A stretch of 60,961 nucleotides of DNA, filler included, from Sphacelaria rigidula (taxonomy: Eukaryota): assembly GCA_964200075.2 (NCBI GenBank). It is 8 parts of 8 records of this genome, joined end to end, with 100 filler letters (N's around TTAATTAATTAA, not from the genome) between each part and the next. Parts side by side here need not be neighbours in the genome. Positions count along the whole stretch, not along the records: positions 7,635 to 15,167 come from CAXNAA020014464.1; positions 15,268 to 22,800 come from CAXNAA020014465.1; positions 22,901 to 30,433 come from CAXNAA020014466.1; 5 more parts are not named here. One strand, given 5' to 3'. Positions 11,901-25,674 of this stretch are shown here, piece by piece (position 1 is the stretch's first letter; every line of letters starts with the position of its first letter). The notes below the pieces were generated by a model. The model did not search any database. It was given only the letters and a program-made list of their open reading frames with translations, and was not told the DNA's origin. Position numbers and translations under genes: made by a program.

Positions 11901-14900
11901 ACACGGTACACAGACTATAATAGTATCACCTACAGGAATGCCTTGCAAAACTCGACATGACGCTTTGGATGCTCTTCAATGCTAGGAATGTCGACTTTCT
12001 ACTGGCCGACGATTTAGTAGCGAGATACACTTCGTCAGCCCATGCACCATGCGCGCCACCAATGCATGATGAGGCGATAAGCCCCTCTAGGAGGACCACG
12101 TAACAAACTCTGCACGGACTGAAGATCCCGGACACAACCAGGCCTCTCCCCAAGCTCAGCTACTCTACTCTGGCAGACCGCAGTCGTTCCGACTCATCTG
12201 CTGCCGTCATGCAAAAACAAACCTCGTCAGGTGTGCGTTGCTCCTCTGCCACAGGATAATACTCCGGCGCTGAAGATCAAAAACGCACGCACAGTACACA
12301 ACACGTCCATCAACCATTTCATCCTGAAGGCGAAGCGATTTTCGCGTGATACCTCTGCTGCTGACGGAGAAACGAGCAGATTCTCAAGACTTTTACTCAC
12401 CGACTGTTACGATAATGACGATGATAGCAGTCACCGCTGCCGTCATCAGACAGATCCAACTCCGCGGATCGAAAACCCCCTCGTAGCACGCGTCGTGTCC
12501 GTCCTTAGTATAAACCCATAACACCTGCTCGAGCACCCAAGCCAACAGCACCGCCAGCAACAACCCTACATGCTTCGCCTGAAGCACCAGCACGGCAGGC
12601 GCGTGGATTGGGAAATGCAGACGTGGGCGAGGGACGAGCTTCAGTCGAGTAACTATTACATGAGACTAGGAGCTTGGGCGTCAACACTGGCGAATTATAC
12701 TACTTGTGTTCTGTAACTGAACGCACGGCAGCGGACCATCCCGGTTACATCCCCTCACACTGAAATTATCTGCCAAAGGTCAGAAAATGCTCCAGTTAGG
12801 TTTGGTGAGGAGCTACAGTCACAAACCAGCGGGGGCGGTTGCTCTCGACTATCAAATTCGATCTTCCTGTGACGAAAGGCGCCTCGCAAACTGGGAGCTT
12901 GCCGAAATTACAGCTCAAATACACGCCGATCCGTGCCATGCCAAGCATGCGAGCAAACTCTTTTCACGCAACGCAGTTGACATTCTCGACGTGTGCTGCG
13001 TCTTTCCCCCCCCCCCCCCCCCCCCCCCCCCCACCCCCCCCCCCACCCACATACCGCCCCCCCACCCAACCACAACAAAAACCCCNNNNNNNNNNCCCCC
13101 ACCCCTATCGCTATCGCCGAGGTCCTCGGGCTTTCCCCCCCCCCCCCCCCCCCCGCCTGCCAGACGATTCAACAGTTCAATGACCAGGGCAAGCAACAAA
13201 TGAAGACACCCCCCACAATTCACGAAATCCTTGTCCAACAGAATACATTCTACGGGGGACCTCACACTACTTACTACTTTCCGAAGTGTCGGCAAAAACT
13301 AGCGCCGGCAGATTTGTGCGCAGCGTCGCGACAACGGTGAGGGCTGCATTTGACCTGCTCCGGCCTTTACCCATTTTTCGCGTACGCAATCACTGCTACA
13401 GAAAATATTGATATTGGTGCCATTTTGAACCTTGACGAATCCTGTATTTCCGGTTCTCGGCCGTTCGCAGCCACGCCGCTCTGATGGTACCTTTGATCGT
13501 GCATCCTTCGGTGACAAGCTAGACCTAGCTCCGTCGATACCACACAATGGTGAACATTGCGCCTTAATGGCGTTCACCGCCCACCGATCGATGGAAAGCT
13601 ACCATACGGGTTGGATATCAGTACTGTGCCGGATTGTCGCACCGTACATGAATTCCATCGTTCTTTCCGCAAGTAGCTCACGAAAAAAAAGCATTATCCC
13701 TGCATTGTACTTCCCGAGGGTATGTAATAAGATGCTACTACGATGTTACCATTACTTCTCTAGCATGTTTCTTGGACGTTTCTTAAATGTAATCTTCTGT
13801 ACTCTTTCCATTTTTTCCCGCCACTTTGCTACATTAAGGTGAGGGGAAATCCACTTTTTGAAAGAGTATGTACCGCTGCAAAATTTGAGCATAACGAAGA
13901 GGTAGCCAAAAAAAAAGCATACCGTAAATCTCGCTCGAAAATTAACTGGACTGAAAATTTCGTCGGAAACCGCAACTGTATTTCTTTCAGGCCTTACCGC
14001 AGGTCCGACTTTTACTCTCTATCCTTTTCATCCACTGTGAAAACGATCATGTGGTATGCTAACAGTATCAATGGCATTCCTTCTGCAGTACACGGCCGAA
14101 TAAGTTCATGGTACTTTTTTATGTCGCCTCAAGTCATCCTGTACACCAGCAGGCAAATGACCAAAAGTGACATTTCGTCGCACTGACACAGAAAGCCCAC
14201 GGAAGCCACGCCGAAATATTACCACTTCAACTCACCGTACCTTGAAGCAAAAGGAAAATCCCGCAACCAGACAAGAGGTTGCATTTGTACGGTTCGTTTG
14301 TGTACCTTGCGTCAGAGACAATAGATTCCATACTACACGCAGTACATTTTTCGACGATGTTATGTAGTGCCGTCATCCAGGCCAGGGCGTGGTACTTACA
14401 GTGTCTTGGTGCAAAGTACCACATCAACCGTACTTACAATGTCAGTCACCACCACCAACCGTGTTGTTTTCACACCCGCGTTGGCAGCATCATGCACCAT
14501 GCACGCTCCTTCTGAGCTCTCCCAGCTTGAGAGAACAAGACAGTTCCTTTCAATAGAGACTGTTCGGTGAAAGGACATTATCGGCAAACTCAATATTAGG
14601 CAGCCCGCAGTTGGGTCCGGGCTGGCACCGAAATACGGTGATTCAGATCTCCCAGCTTTAGCCCACGAATCACTTCACCGTGCTGGTCTGATACATGCGT
14701 CAAATAATTGCAACATATTCAACGTTTCTAGACACGGTGTCGTGTACTTTGAACGGCGTGAAAGACTCGCGTCTAACGAACGAGATGAGGTGTCGACCGC
14801 ATGTGCCGTCCTGTAACAACTCGGAACTGCAATCCGACCCTTACCTCAACCCTTGATGGATTCACAGCCAGATCCACGAGTATAGTCACCAGTGCCACCG

Positions 14901-16184
14901 TGCTCGCCGTTGCGCGGCCTATTCGCTCTCCCTCCGTTGCGTGCAGGACCCTACAGTCCAGGACAGTCCCGCGCAGACAGTATCCCCATCCAGGAAAAGG
15001 GACAAACACGCAAGACATAAACATGGGCACAAAAAGTTCGAAGAGAAGGTTGAGAGAAACTACGTTATGCGGCTTTGTGGCGGGTGAGGGGGGGGGGGGG
15101 GGGGGAAATGAGAGGCTGCAAAACGGAAGGGGTGGGATTAGGTGGATGAGCACAAATGGGAGATCAGNNNNNNNNNNNNNNNNNNNNNNNNNNNNNNNNN
15201 NNNNNNNNNNNTTAATTAATTAANNNNNNNNNNNNNNNNNNNNNNNNNNNNNNNNNNNNNNNNNNNNAGCTGTAAGCACACGCAAGTGATGATGGAGGTG
15301 AAGAAAAACACACGTGGAATAAAAAAATGACTCACTGAAAGCGAATGATCAAAGCCCCTCTCAATCGTATCATCTACTCTCAACCTCACGAAAACACTGT
15401 TGTTACTGTAATGTTTCATTTGAAATTTTAACGTAACGTCATATTTCGTTCGGCACGTCAAGAAATTCCAACGTTACGTTTCGTTAGATGTAAAGTAATA
15501 TGAAGCGTTTCAGGGAACGTGTGACGTCTAATATCACGGTTCATTGGCACGTGTAACGTTCGTATGTGAGGGCTCATTCTCTTCATGTCGCGGCTCATTT
15601 ACTAGTGTTCAAGGCATTGTAATGTACCGTGTAACGCGTGACGTTACCGTGTACGTGACCCTCACGGTTGCCCGTCGTATGTTTGAGGGTGGGCGCATTA
15701 TCTGATTTTGTAACGTCACTTTCTCTACAGCGTATCGTTCATTCGTCTTTGACTGTAATATTTTCAATTTTCAATTACTTGGTCATTCGCACGACAGCGC
15801 ATACTGTACACACAATAAATCGTGAACATGATTGAATGCCGGCTCGAGTCGTCCTGGCATTTCGCAGACAAAACTATATCGGGTACCCTTGGTTCTATTC
15901 ACAACAAGCAATGTTTTCGTGAGATTGAGAGTAGTAGAGGATGCGATCGAGAGTGAAAAGCGGTCAATAATTATTAGTTATAGATCTGTTTTTGCTCCGA
16001 AATACCCCTCGACGAGGTCCGGTATGCTTCATGTGGTAGCTTGCCACTGAGGCCCTTGTTATTTATCCCTGAGTAGGATATCGACGTGTGGCTGTCAGCA
16101 CACGCCAGTGATGGAGGCAAAAAAAAGCACATACGGAATGAAAAATTGGCATATTTCAAGGGAATGTTCAAAGCAAACTACCAA

Positions 16185-16472
16185 CAACGTTTTCGTGAGA
16201 TTGAGAATAGAGCGCTGATTGAGAGTGGCTTCGGTAATTCGCTTTTACCTACCGTAGCCAACTTTTCATTCTGTGTGTGCTTTTCTTTGCCTCCACCACT
16301 GGCGTGTGCTTACAGTTTCGCGTCGATGTTCTACTCAGGTGTAGCAAGGGCCTCAGTGGCAAGCTAGCACGGAAAGCATATTGAGCCTCGTGGAGGGGCA
16401 TTTTTTCGGAACTGAAACGATTCATTCAATAATTGAGCGATTTTCACTCTACTCAATCTCACGAAAACGTTG
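16185..16472. mobile_element. MITE with perfect 21-bp TIR (hAT-like termini); partial copies at 7635-7773, 15268-15398, 15909-16150
   Basis: CAACGTTTTCGTGAGATTGAG ... CTCAATCTCACGAAAACGTTG; the 7635 and 15268 copies end TCACGAAAACACTG. No TSD discerned. Confidence 0.75.
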
Positions 16473-17924
16473 CTCTATGTATATACCTCTATATACGTGT
16501 ACGAATAATATGGTCCATCACGGCCGCCAAAGGCAGGCGTACGTATGTATGCACGTATGTGTATGTAGAGATTACAGGTTCACGTGGCTTGACAAGCCCT
16601 TGTTTTCTTGTACACAGCTTGATGGATTTTTTCATTTGGAATTTTCACGTCACGTTCATCACGTGAAAAAATGAATGAACGTTCACGTTACGTTTGGCTA
16701 AAACGTAACGTGTAACGTTGTGGCACGTGTGACGTGTAAAGCGCTGATTTATTGAAGCACAATCTTTTAGGATTCCAGAATTCATTGCAAAATTAAAGTG
16801 TGCGCCGCTTCATGTAACGTTTGTGTCGTGAGCAATGCTACGGTAGCGGTGCACTTTTTGCGCTAAATCTTGTCTGGTTCAGAGGCTCTCAACGATTCCA
16901 TGTGCACAAGAATACGGGTCGGGGCATCCCCGTTTGCAAAATCCTTGGGGATATATCCAGCACATTGGACTAGTACCCTGGCGTACTGACACACAGTTCG
17001 CAAGTCGTGTTTTGGATGAGATACAGGGCTCATAAAAGTTTTAAACCCAGAAAATATTTGTGCACCCCTATCGTAGCATCACTCACGTTTGATGCAGTGT
17101 GCATCGTCTGATGTGCGTGTCGTTTTATGAAACGTGTAACGTCTATTAGGCGTTGCACGTTTCATATGACCTGTTTTGAACGTCGGGACAATTCAGCGTT
17201 CATGTTGCGTTTCGTTTGGCAAGTTGAAGATTCAACGTTCACGTTACGTTTCGGTCAAAGCGTAACGCGTGACGTCGTGGCACGTGTAACTTATAGACCC
17301 CTGAAAAAAAACTCCTGTTCTTCACCGAAACCTGTAAATGCCTACGAGGGATTCCAAGAACCGGTCATGACAGGTTCGTTTTCAAAACGTGCCCACCTCT
17401 ACACTCGACCCAGCAGATCCGGATCGTCAAAGCGAACGATTGCATACTTTTAGTTTATTTCCCCTCAATTTTCATTGCGATACAACCTTGAAACCGTGTT
17501 GTCGTGCCATACAGTACAGTCAGGAACACCCGTGGATGAACAGACTTTACTCCGTATCTCCCCGACAAGCCCGAATAGGGAAATCCATCTCTAGCACGAC
17601 CTGCTTCTTTTAATAATTACTGTAACACCGTCTTTCAAGCTTTCGAGTGAAGGTGACATCGTCTGCGAAAAAATCTGGATTGAGAGTGAGTGAACACCAG
17701 ATTCCAAGTCTGACTATTGTTTTATCCATCATCCGCCGCTGACCGAGGTGATCACATCGATCGCCCCGAGCATTCTTTTCCAGGCAAAGGTGCACATCGG
17801 TCCACACCGCGGCCTCCATAGACACTTCAAAAGTTATCATTATGCACATGATTGCCTTCGCCAGTGGGCACATGGATTCGAATCGCACATCATCTTCCGA
17901 CAGTACAGTAGAGGGCGACCATGA

Positions 17925-18073
17925 GCTCCGCAGAAGGAAGGAGAAGTAAGTTGAAAAATGTCGAAAAACTCCCATGTTGATTCTTCTCCAGTATGACCCC
18001 GGCTGCCGCGCCCACATGTACCGAAGGGTGCAGACTGGCGTCCAGAATAGATGGGATGTGAACGCCACACACA
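17925..18073 (+). mobile_element. 3' part of the same SINE family
   Basis: gaccccggctgccgcgcccacatgtaccgaagggtgcagactggcgtccagaatagatggga matches the SINE tail. Confidence 0.6.
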
Positions 18074-18725
18074 TGAGAGGCACCGACAAAATGTTGAAGA
18101 ACTCAAGACGGTACCAAATGACACTACTCCGGAACACTCTCTCGGAGCGATGGTAACGTATGGTGGTTATTCAATCGATAAGCAGTACAGTGATGGAAAA
18201 CTACCTGACGCCCCTGCGACATCTACCCCTTCTGTACTTCTCCAAATCAACCTCCTCCCGCAAAATGTGACATTGCGCCACGACCCGAAACTAATGGACA
18301 AGCGTTTCCCGCGTCCAAGAAATACGGTGATACTGTCGCACGTCTGAAAAAAACGGCTCGCTTAGCTCCCGCATACTGGCTTGAACGATGCCGTGTTCTC
18401 CCGCTGTTGAAGAAAGCAATTGTCATGGCTACCATTCTCAATCCTTCGACCACAAGCGTTACCAACAACTGGTGGGCATGTGGTCCGCTCACGACCCATC
18501 GCCATCCGTTCACTGTAGTGGTTCCACATCGGCCAATGATGAGATGCGCACCGCTTCGAGGTGAGGGCCTATCTAGCATTGCTGAACCGCGAAATTACGT
18601 TGAGAAATTGATGGTCAACTAGGGTCGGTGTGTGGTCTGGGTACCTTTGATACGCACAAAAAGAGAGTGAGGGCACTAGGAACCACCAGGTCGGCTAGTT
18701 CATGTTCCAGATGTTCCTCGACGCC

Positions 18726-18803
18726 TTAGATGGTTTCGAGGTCCGCCACCTGCTTCGCGACGGCCTCCTCCTCTTCCCGACCGTACACGTCGATGCTCTT
18801 GTC
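18726..18803 (-). CDS. Terminal exon of the same unidentified protein
   Basis: gacAG|GACAAG...ATC TAA; phase 0, DKSIDVYGREEEEAVAKQVADLETI*. Confidence 0.6.
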   Translation of the reverse strand, partial: DKSIDVYGREEEEAVAKQVADLETI

Positions 18804-18999
18804 CTGTCCAAGCATTCATGGGCGGGAGAACAAGTACCGGTCGATGCAAACCATATCAGAATGGTGTATTTGGTCAATACAAATCATTTCTACACTGCAT
18901 CATCATGTAAGAATGTGATTTTAAATGTAGGGTAGATTTGTTGTGGTTGGATTCAGCGGTTTTTTCCAGGACATCCGACACCGGTTTTGTCTCCCCCCC

Positions 19000-21500
19000 A
19001 TTTCTCGGATGGATTTCTCGCGTCCTCGCGCGCTCATATCCGCACTTGTTTCTTTTTTCCGTGTGGGTATCAAAGTTTGAGAGCAATATGGGCAGTTCAT
19101 ATCAGTTTGTTCATGAAAAACACGCTTGGGGAGATGCTCATTCGGCAGAAGGCCGCACTCACTTCGTCTTGTGCTGGGGATTTCGCACCATTGGTGTCCG
19201 TCTCAGCATGACTGTGCATTCAAATGACATTGCCACGTCATCACCATGCTGCACAGACACCGTACAAAGTAAGCTGCCTCCACCGGTATCGTCATGTCAA
19301 GACAATCAATTCCCGGGAGTGGAGTAGAGCGCAGTACAGTAGCGGCCCGCTTATGAGCAACGAGGTTCTAAGTTAATCAGGCTGAGATTGAAAAAGAGTA
19401 ACGAGGTCTTGAGCCTCAGCAACGAGCGCTACACGAAGTCCAATATAATAAGTGTGAGTACCAGGGGAGTCCACAAGTCTTCCACGTGTCTACAACCGCT
19501 ACGGGACCGTATCTCCCGAGAATATCTTATGGATCCCTCCGCTCCGTTCAAGGAATGTTCATGTCTCCAGCATAGTTCCGGGAACGTTCCCCTCTGGAAC
19601 ACTAGTCTGTCCCCTCGGGTCATTGTCCACCATTTCCCCGGAGTAATAGTCATACTCCAACTCGAGGCGGCACCCATCACGGTGCCTCCTCGAGACACAT
19701 CTATCTCATCTCGACCCCGGGATTCCCTCCACACAAGAACGAACTGTCTACGCACGTCCCACGGCCAAGTCCGTGGCTCCCTGAGACTACTTCCCCCACT
19801 CCTAGGGGTAGTAGTTAGCCTTATGAGCCTTTGCATCAGATGGAAGAAAATCAGGCTCCTCAGTTTCTCAGAAGCGGGCCACTACTGTAGTCATGATCGC
19901 CGCACAAGCACAAGTATATGCACATAGCTGTTGCCTGACAGCTGAACGGCGTGGCGTTGGGAATTGTGTAGGAGAGGGCGACCTCGTCGGACACCTCATG
20001 GGCCACCTGAGTACCACCTTCTAATATAATTTTGATCTGAATCATGACCTAGCTCATTTAGCCCCTTTTCCCACATTTTCTCCCTGCAGCGCTGGACACC
20101 GGGCACACAGAGTTGCGCAAAGGTAGAGCTTTGGCTCCTCGAACCCTGTTGCCAAGTGTCTCGTGTTCTTGGACGAGGGATATTATTAGAGGTACAATAT
20201 CTCAGACTCGGTTCCCAGTTTCCTGGTTTATTCGCTGGCTCTGGGTTTTGTACTGTTTTTCCAAGTGAAAGTGATGGCGATTCATAGGAGGACCTGACCT
20301 GGCGGTCAAAGGGTCCCATCATCTCATGCATCACCGGGAACCGAGAACCAAGTTTGAGATACCTCTATTAGTAGAGGGCTCCTTGAATATTCATTTTAGG
20401 TACAGTATAGCTCATGAACTGTCAGACGAGTGAAATGTGGGTAACAATACGTCTCACAGCTCACAGCCCTGCCCTACCGTCCTACTGGTCAAATAGAAGA
20501 AGCGCCAGCTCCTTGTGGCGCCCAAACGATCTGTTACACCAGTACAAGTGAGCATCGGCGCCTGCTTACCCCACGGTCGTCATTCAACAACCCGCGAGAC
20601 TGCGAGGCGAGATTCTCGGCACAGAACGCTGCCGCGTGCACTCAACAGCAGCGCTTTAGATGGAGGATGCGCCCGTGCACTAGCTCGCATTTTGGGCTGA
20701 AAATCAGGAAACGCAAAACAATGCGGTACGCATACGCCGTCTATGTCGCACATTTTTTTTGCCGCAGGCCAAACAAAATGTGTTGCGTGATGAAAATCGC
20801 CGAAGGTCGCAAAAAATATGTTTTGCTCGCAGTAAGGCGAGGAGAAAAATTGAGACGCTTCTGCGAGTGTATCTTCACCTCACACACCTCCTCGCTTCGT
20901 GTGCGGCAACTGCACCATATTTGTTCACGTGTATCGAGTTCAGGTGATTCGGTGGCGAGGTGTTTAGTCCAATCACCGGTGTAATCATATAGTATGCTAT
21001 CGCACAACGTGAATCCCACGGTTGCAAAATATTAAAAAACGGTCATCATACTGTCACGTGTGCGACTTAGCACTTTTCGAAAGCACGATAGGCAACGCTG
21101 CGCTTTTCACCGAGGCCAGGATGGGTGTGACGGCCATCTTCCTCTCATCATTTGTCATTTGCCAAGCCACACGTGGATATCAAAAGCCCATTCATTTCTT
21201 GGCGAAGCATGATTCACCTCTACCATGTCAAGACACCATATCAACTACAGTTGTAGTAGAAGCGCTGCGAACCATGTCGCATGGTACTCTAAACGTCACA
21301 CGTTTCCTCTCATAATTCAACAACTACGATGCCATGTTGGATGAGACTCCTGTCTGTCAACGTCGGCAATACGTGACTGACGTGAGTCGAAATTCTATAT
21401 CGTTGTACATGCAGTTGTGCGATCAAATGGTACAACATGCCGGCACAGGAGTCGAGGTTGTAACCGTCACAAAATCACACGATAGTCCCCCTCGAACCAC
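19000..21500 (-). pseudogene. Highly decayed retroelement-like sequence (possibly Ty1/Copia) within the intron
   Basis: Only motif remnants, e.g. LKTSLL... followed by VQHGDDVA (compare LKKSLYG / VHVDD); many stops. Confidence 0.25.
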
Positions 21501-21955
21501 CATGCAACAGGTTCAGGAGGTCCACAAATACCAATGATGTGATGTTATCTCAAGACCAGATTGCCAGATAATTTTGGAACAAAAAGTTAGCTTGCTTCAG
21601 GGGTAATCTGACCAGATTATCATCACCCCCACAGAACATTTGGCGAGGTGATTTATAATCCTGACCACCCGATATGAGACCGCCCATATGACCTTTTCTC
21701 GCACAGTTCGCTTCCTCCCCCTGAAAAGCTGGACTTACTCGTTCATTTTTACGGCCAACCATTAACCACAAAATAGTCCATTGAGTTTTACCCATGTTCA
21801 TCGTATGAGGCAGAGCTAGCGCATGACTTGATATGACTTTTTGTGTACGCGACTGCCCTCTAAGAAAAATGTTGTCAGATTTCGTCCGCCCCATCATCAA
21901 AGGGTCTTTGGGACTAGCGCCTCCCAAGCAGCTCTTGTTGTGACCTCACGCTCAC

Positions 21956-22060
21956 CTGCTTGACGTTGTCATCAAAGCTGGGTTCAAACTTGTGGTTGAG
22001 GATGCGCTTACGGTCCGTGTTGAAGTTGAAGCCGTCCATGACGTCCCCGAACCCACACAT
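21956..22060 (-). CDS. Penultimate exon of an unidentified protein
   Basis: ggcAG|ATGTGT...AAGCAG|GTGAGC; 105 nt, MCGFGDVMDGFNFNTDRKRILNHKFEPSFDDNVKQ, high GC3. Confidence 0.65.
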
Positions 22061-22710
22061 CTGCCACATGCATGAGAAGAACAACAAAAAACACATCCAA
22101 CTACGATCAGATACAAAGGTTGAAAATGTGATCGAATCGCAATTACCCTTTCCTATGCCCCCGGGGGTCTGTTGACTCGGACTTGGACTAGACGACTTTT
22201 GGCGTGGTAGAAAATACTTGCGTTTGGCTTCGCGTTCATGTGCCCAACATCAATCGTGGGGGGGGGGGACATGTGGTTGGTGCAGCCATTGTGTCGACGG
22301 CGAAGTGCACGCAGGCAAGGCACCGGAGAATGATGTATAAAGAGCGTACCATAGGGTCACCACCTCCCTCGCCTCAAGTTTAGTACTAGTACCAGGCTGC
22401 TGCAAGACTTTCGACTCTAATCGAAAATTCCCAAAAAACACTTCCCAAGCATCCATGTTCGACTGCCCTCATCCACGTCTACGTTGACAGTCACTCTCTA
22501 CAACTGCTTTTTTTTTCAAACTATCGCCTTTGGAGCCCACAACTCGGGGGACAGACGATTCGCAGCCAATTTTTACCCGGGAACGATCAGCGGAAAGGGC
22601 GACTGTGGCTATCGAGACTCGCCTTCTCGAGACAACAGTCTCGTATCTTCCAAAGACGCGCCATTCATGAGTTACCAGATGGAGCGTGCAAACCATGGGG
22701 CGTTACATAA

Positions 22711-22742
<32 letters not shown>

Positions 22743-23750
22743 ACCAACCCCCCCCCCCCCCCGCCCCCCTCCCCTTCCAAGACCCCCCAACACACACCAC
22801 NNNNNNNNNNNNNNNNNNNNNNNNNNNNNNNNNNNNNNNNNNNNTTAATTAATTAANNNNNNNNNNNNNNNNNNNNNNNNNNNNNNNNNNNNNNNNNNNN
22901 TAAGATATGTAAAATGTTTTTGTGTAATGTATGGAAGAAACGTAATGAGCGCCGGAATGTTGGAGGTGTCTCTGTTAGGAATAGGAACGGTGCTCCATCT
23001 CGAAAGGGATGCGTGGTCAATGGTCAAACGACCATCAATAAGGCGAGCAACAAATGAGTACGCCCCCGTCCGTCCTTGGGTCAGACGCCTCATTATTTTA
23101 AGCCCCGACAAAGAAGAAAATATGGGAACAGAAAAGACCGGCGGCAACTGTTTTCACGGCGGAAGGCCACAGAAGAATCCACCAACTTATGTCATGTGCG
23201 CACCAAAAACATCATCATGATGCGGTCGGACAAGTCTTTTCTAGTGAGGGACGCAACAGGTGAAGCTTGTTCATGGTTGTGCACACGGTAAAATCAGCAC
23301 TTGCATGCCCGAAGTCCGTACAAACGGAAATCGGCACCACCTGTCTACTTTCTATATACTGAGTCTCGTGCGGCACCAGGGCACATTCTTATACGGGTCT
23401 GAAAACACGCTTCCGGGGAATAGTTTTGCGTGAAAGCTGCAAATACTCAACCACACGTTTTCCATCGCCAGTGCCAAAAAGATTAAAGCCCCGCCCGACC
23501 TTTGACTCGAGGGGTGATGTGGATAATGAACTACAGGTAGAACCATCTGCTCAAAAGCTTCGAGTTTATGCTTACGGTCTCAAGTTGAGAGCTCAAGCCT
23601 CAAGTTGAAGGAAAGGGGCCTCTACTAAAAGCCCCCACGTTTGGGTTGAAGGCCGAGGTGTTCAAACACAAACATGATAGTGGTGCTTCTGATTCGTTTA
23701 TTTTAGTCCTTTGTTGTCAACTAGGAGCCAAGGCAAGACGTTATTTCCTT

Positions 23751-25674
23751 TCACCTTTGAACGAAGAGAGGCGTCAGGTCAGTACCGGCATCCCGCCGAA
23801 AAGGATCGCTCGGCAGTGGGCTCCTCGCTAAATCCAACGGCAACCCGCCAACGAGATTTCGATCATGAAGCGCCGACATATTCCCAGAGCTGCGATCGGC
23901 AACACGGACGACGTCGTTCCGAGCGATATCGCGGTGAGGCCTGATCACAGGTAAAGAGCTTGATATGTTTTGGGGATCCGAGGGAATTCGGAAGAAAAGA
24001 CCAACGTCGTTGGGTCGCAGGGAATTGTCGTCGGGGCCGGGTGCAGCAGCGCCCCCACCAAAATTGTCGCCGGTAGACGGCCTGAAGCTTGGTAGCTTCT
24101 GCTGTTGTCCGAACCTCGATGTTGTTCGCTCTGGCGTCGGCACGGTGATTTCCATTCCGTCAGCGCGCGTAGTAGTCAATTGAACGGTACCAGACGTTTG
24201 CGAGAGGTCTGCTTTCGCCGCTCCGATCCGCTCCGTCAGTCCGCTGCCCCATAAGTCATCCCTCGCCCTATGTGTCCCTTGCCGTGTCGCTGGGTCCCAT
24301 TGCAACCAGTTCGAGGTTTCTAGCTCCGCCGCGCCGCCGGTGGATGTGAAGATGCGGCCACTAGCACTGCTCATCCCCGCAGCGTGTTTTGTGCATGCCA
24401 GCAATGCCTTGCCATCACTTATGTCGCAGTGCCCGGGATATCCGGCCGGCTCTTGCTCGGACCCACGGGGTCTGCAAACGGATTGCTGTACCGTCTTTAA
24501 CCTGTTTGTAAGTCCCACCCATTTTTCCAGCCCACAGCCACCATCACTCCGAACACCGTCCGGTGGATCGGCAGATCGTTGCCGAATTACGCTCATTCTG
24601 TCTGGGGATTTACCGCGCTTTCCCTTAGATCCATGATCGGTCCCGCCGCTGATACCACCGTTTGCGGCATGTTCCAGAATACTCGCCTTACTGCTAATGT
24701 ACCCACTGTCGGAGATCAACTTTGCGCGCACTCCCGTGCTAGTGCTCATATCGCCGCTGGAACTGTTTTTTCCTTGTCTGACCTGTTCCGGATCACCCAC
24801 CACTGCCGCCGGCGAACCGGTGTTGGCTGATTCCACCACAGAGACTTGAGTTTGCATTGCTGTTGTTGATGCTTCAGCGGCAGCTGTCTCTGGCGGCGGA
24901 CCCCGACTTTTCGAGACGGCCTGGACATGAACAGATTCGGTCGGGTGTGCTACGGCAACCTCCATGGGTGTGGACATGCCTATTGGGTTATATCTTCCCG
25001 TGGTGTAATCTCGTCTGTTTTCTCGGCGCCACGCGGCGTTCTTTTTGGTAGCGGAAATCTTGCACCGTTGAGATGATGATCGTCCAGAGGGTGACCGCAG
25101 CCGTGTTCTCAATTGAGCAACGCGTGCCCACGGCGGCGGCGGCGGCGGCGAGTGGGTTTGCTGTTGTGATCGAGAGGTGGAGCAATGGGGCGGTGGTGCT
25201 CTGGTAGACTCCCCACCGCGAGGTCTTGCAACAACCCCAGGTGAAGCTATTCCTTGTCTCGCGGGGCCGTGGTTACCGGTTTTCACGCTCCCGCAACCAG
25301 CAACAACAGCAACTGCGGCATTTGCGTTGAATGCACCGAGGTCATCTTCTACTTCGCTGATCACATCGGCGTCTGCATTCGCGTTGGTAGCGTTGTCGGT
25401 GACTGCTGTGAATCCCTTGCCATCCTGCTGTCTTGCGGCGTGTTTCCTCGTACTCACGCCAGCAAGCTTGTTTTCACCAATGTTCAACACATCACCCCTA
25501 CGGTTCATTGCTGAGATGATCGTCTGCGGTGGCGGCGGTGGCGGGGGCGGTGGCGCAAGGACGGTGCGCGCAGGAGGCAGCGAGCGGCTTCGACCATAAC
25601 CTAAAACTGGCCGGCGATGGGCTCGTTTTCGTGCGTGGGCCATGTAGATGCACTCAAGGAGTCGCCAAACTTCC
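23751..25674 (-). CDS. Large exon of a hypothetical low-complexity protein
   Basis: ~2-kb open frame with poly-P and Ser/Ala-rich tracts; ttccAG|GAAGTT acceptor before EVWRLLECIY. The 3' boundary is uncertain. Confidence 0.65.

Noticed and set aside
12915-13340. Poly-Pro/poly-Gly ORFs (also near 22710 and 30355)
   Set aside because: They come from poly-C runs beside gaps and are probably low-quality sequence.
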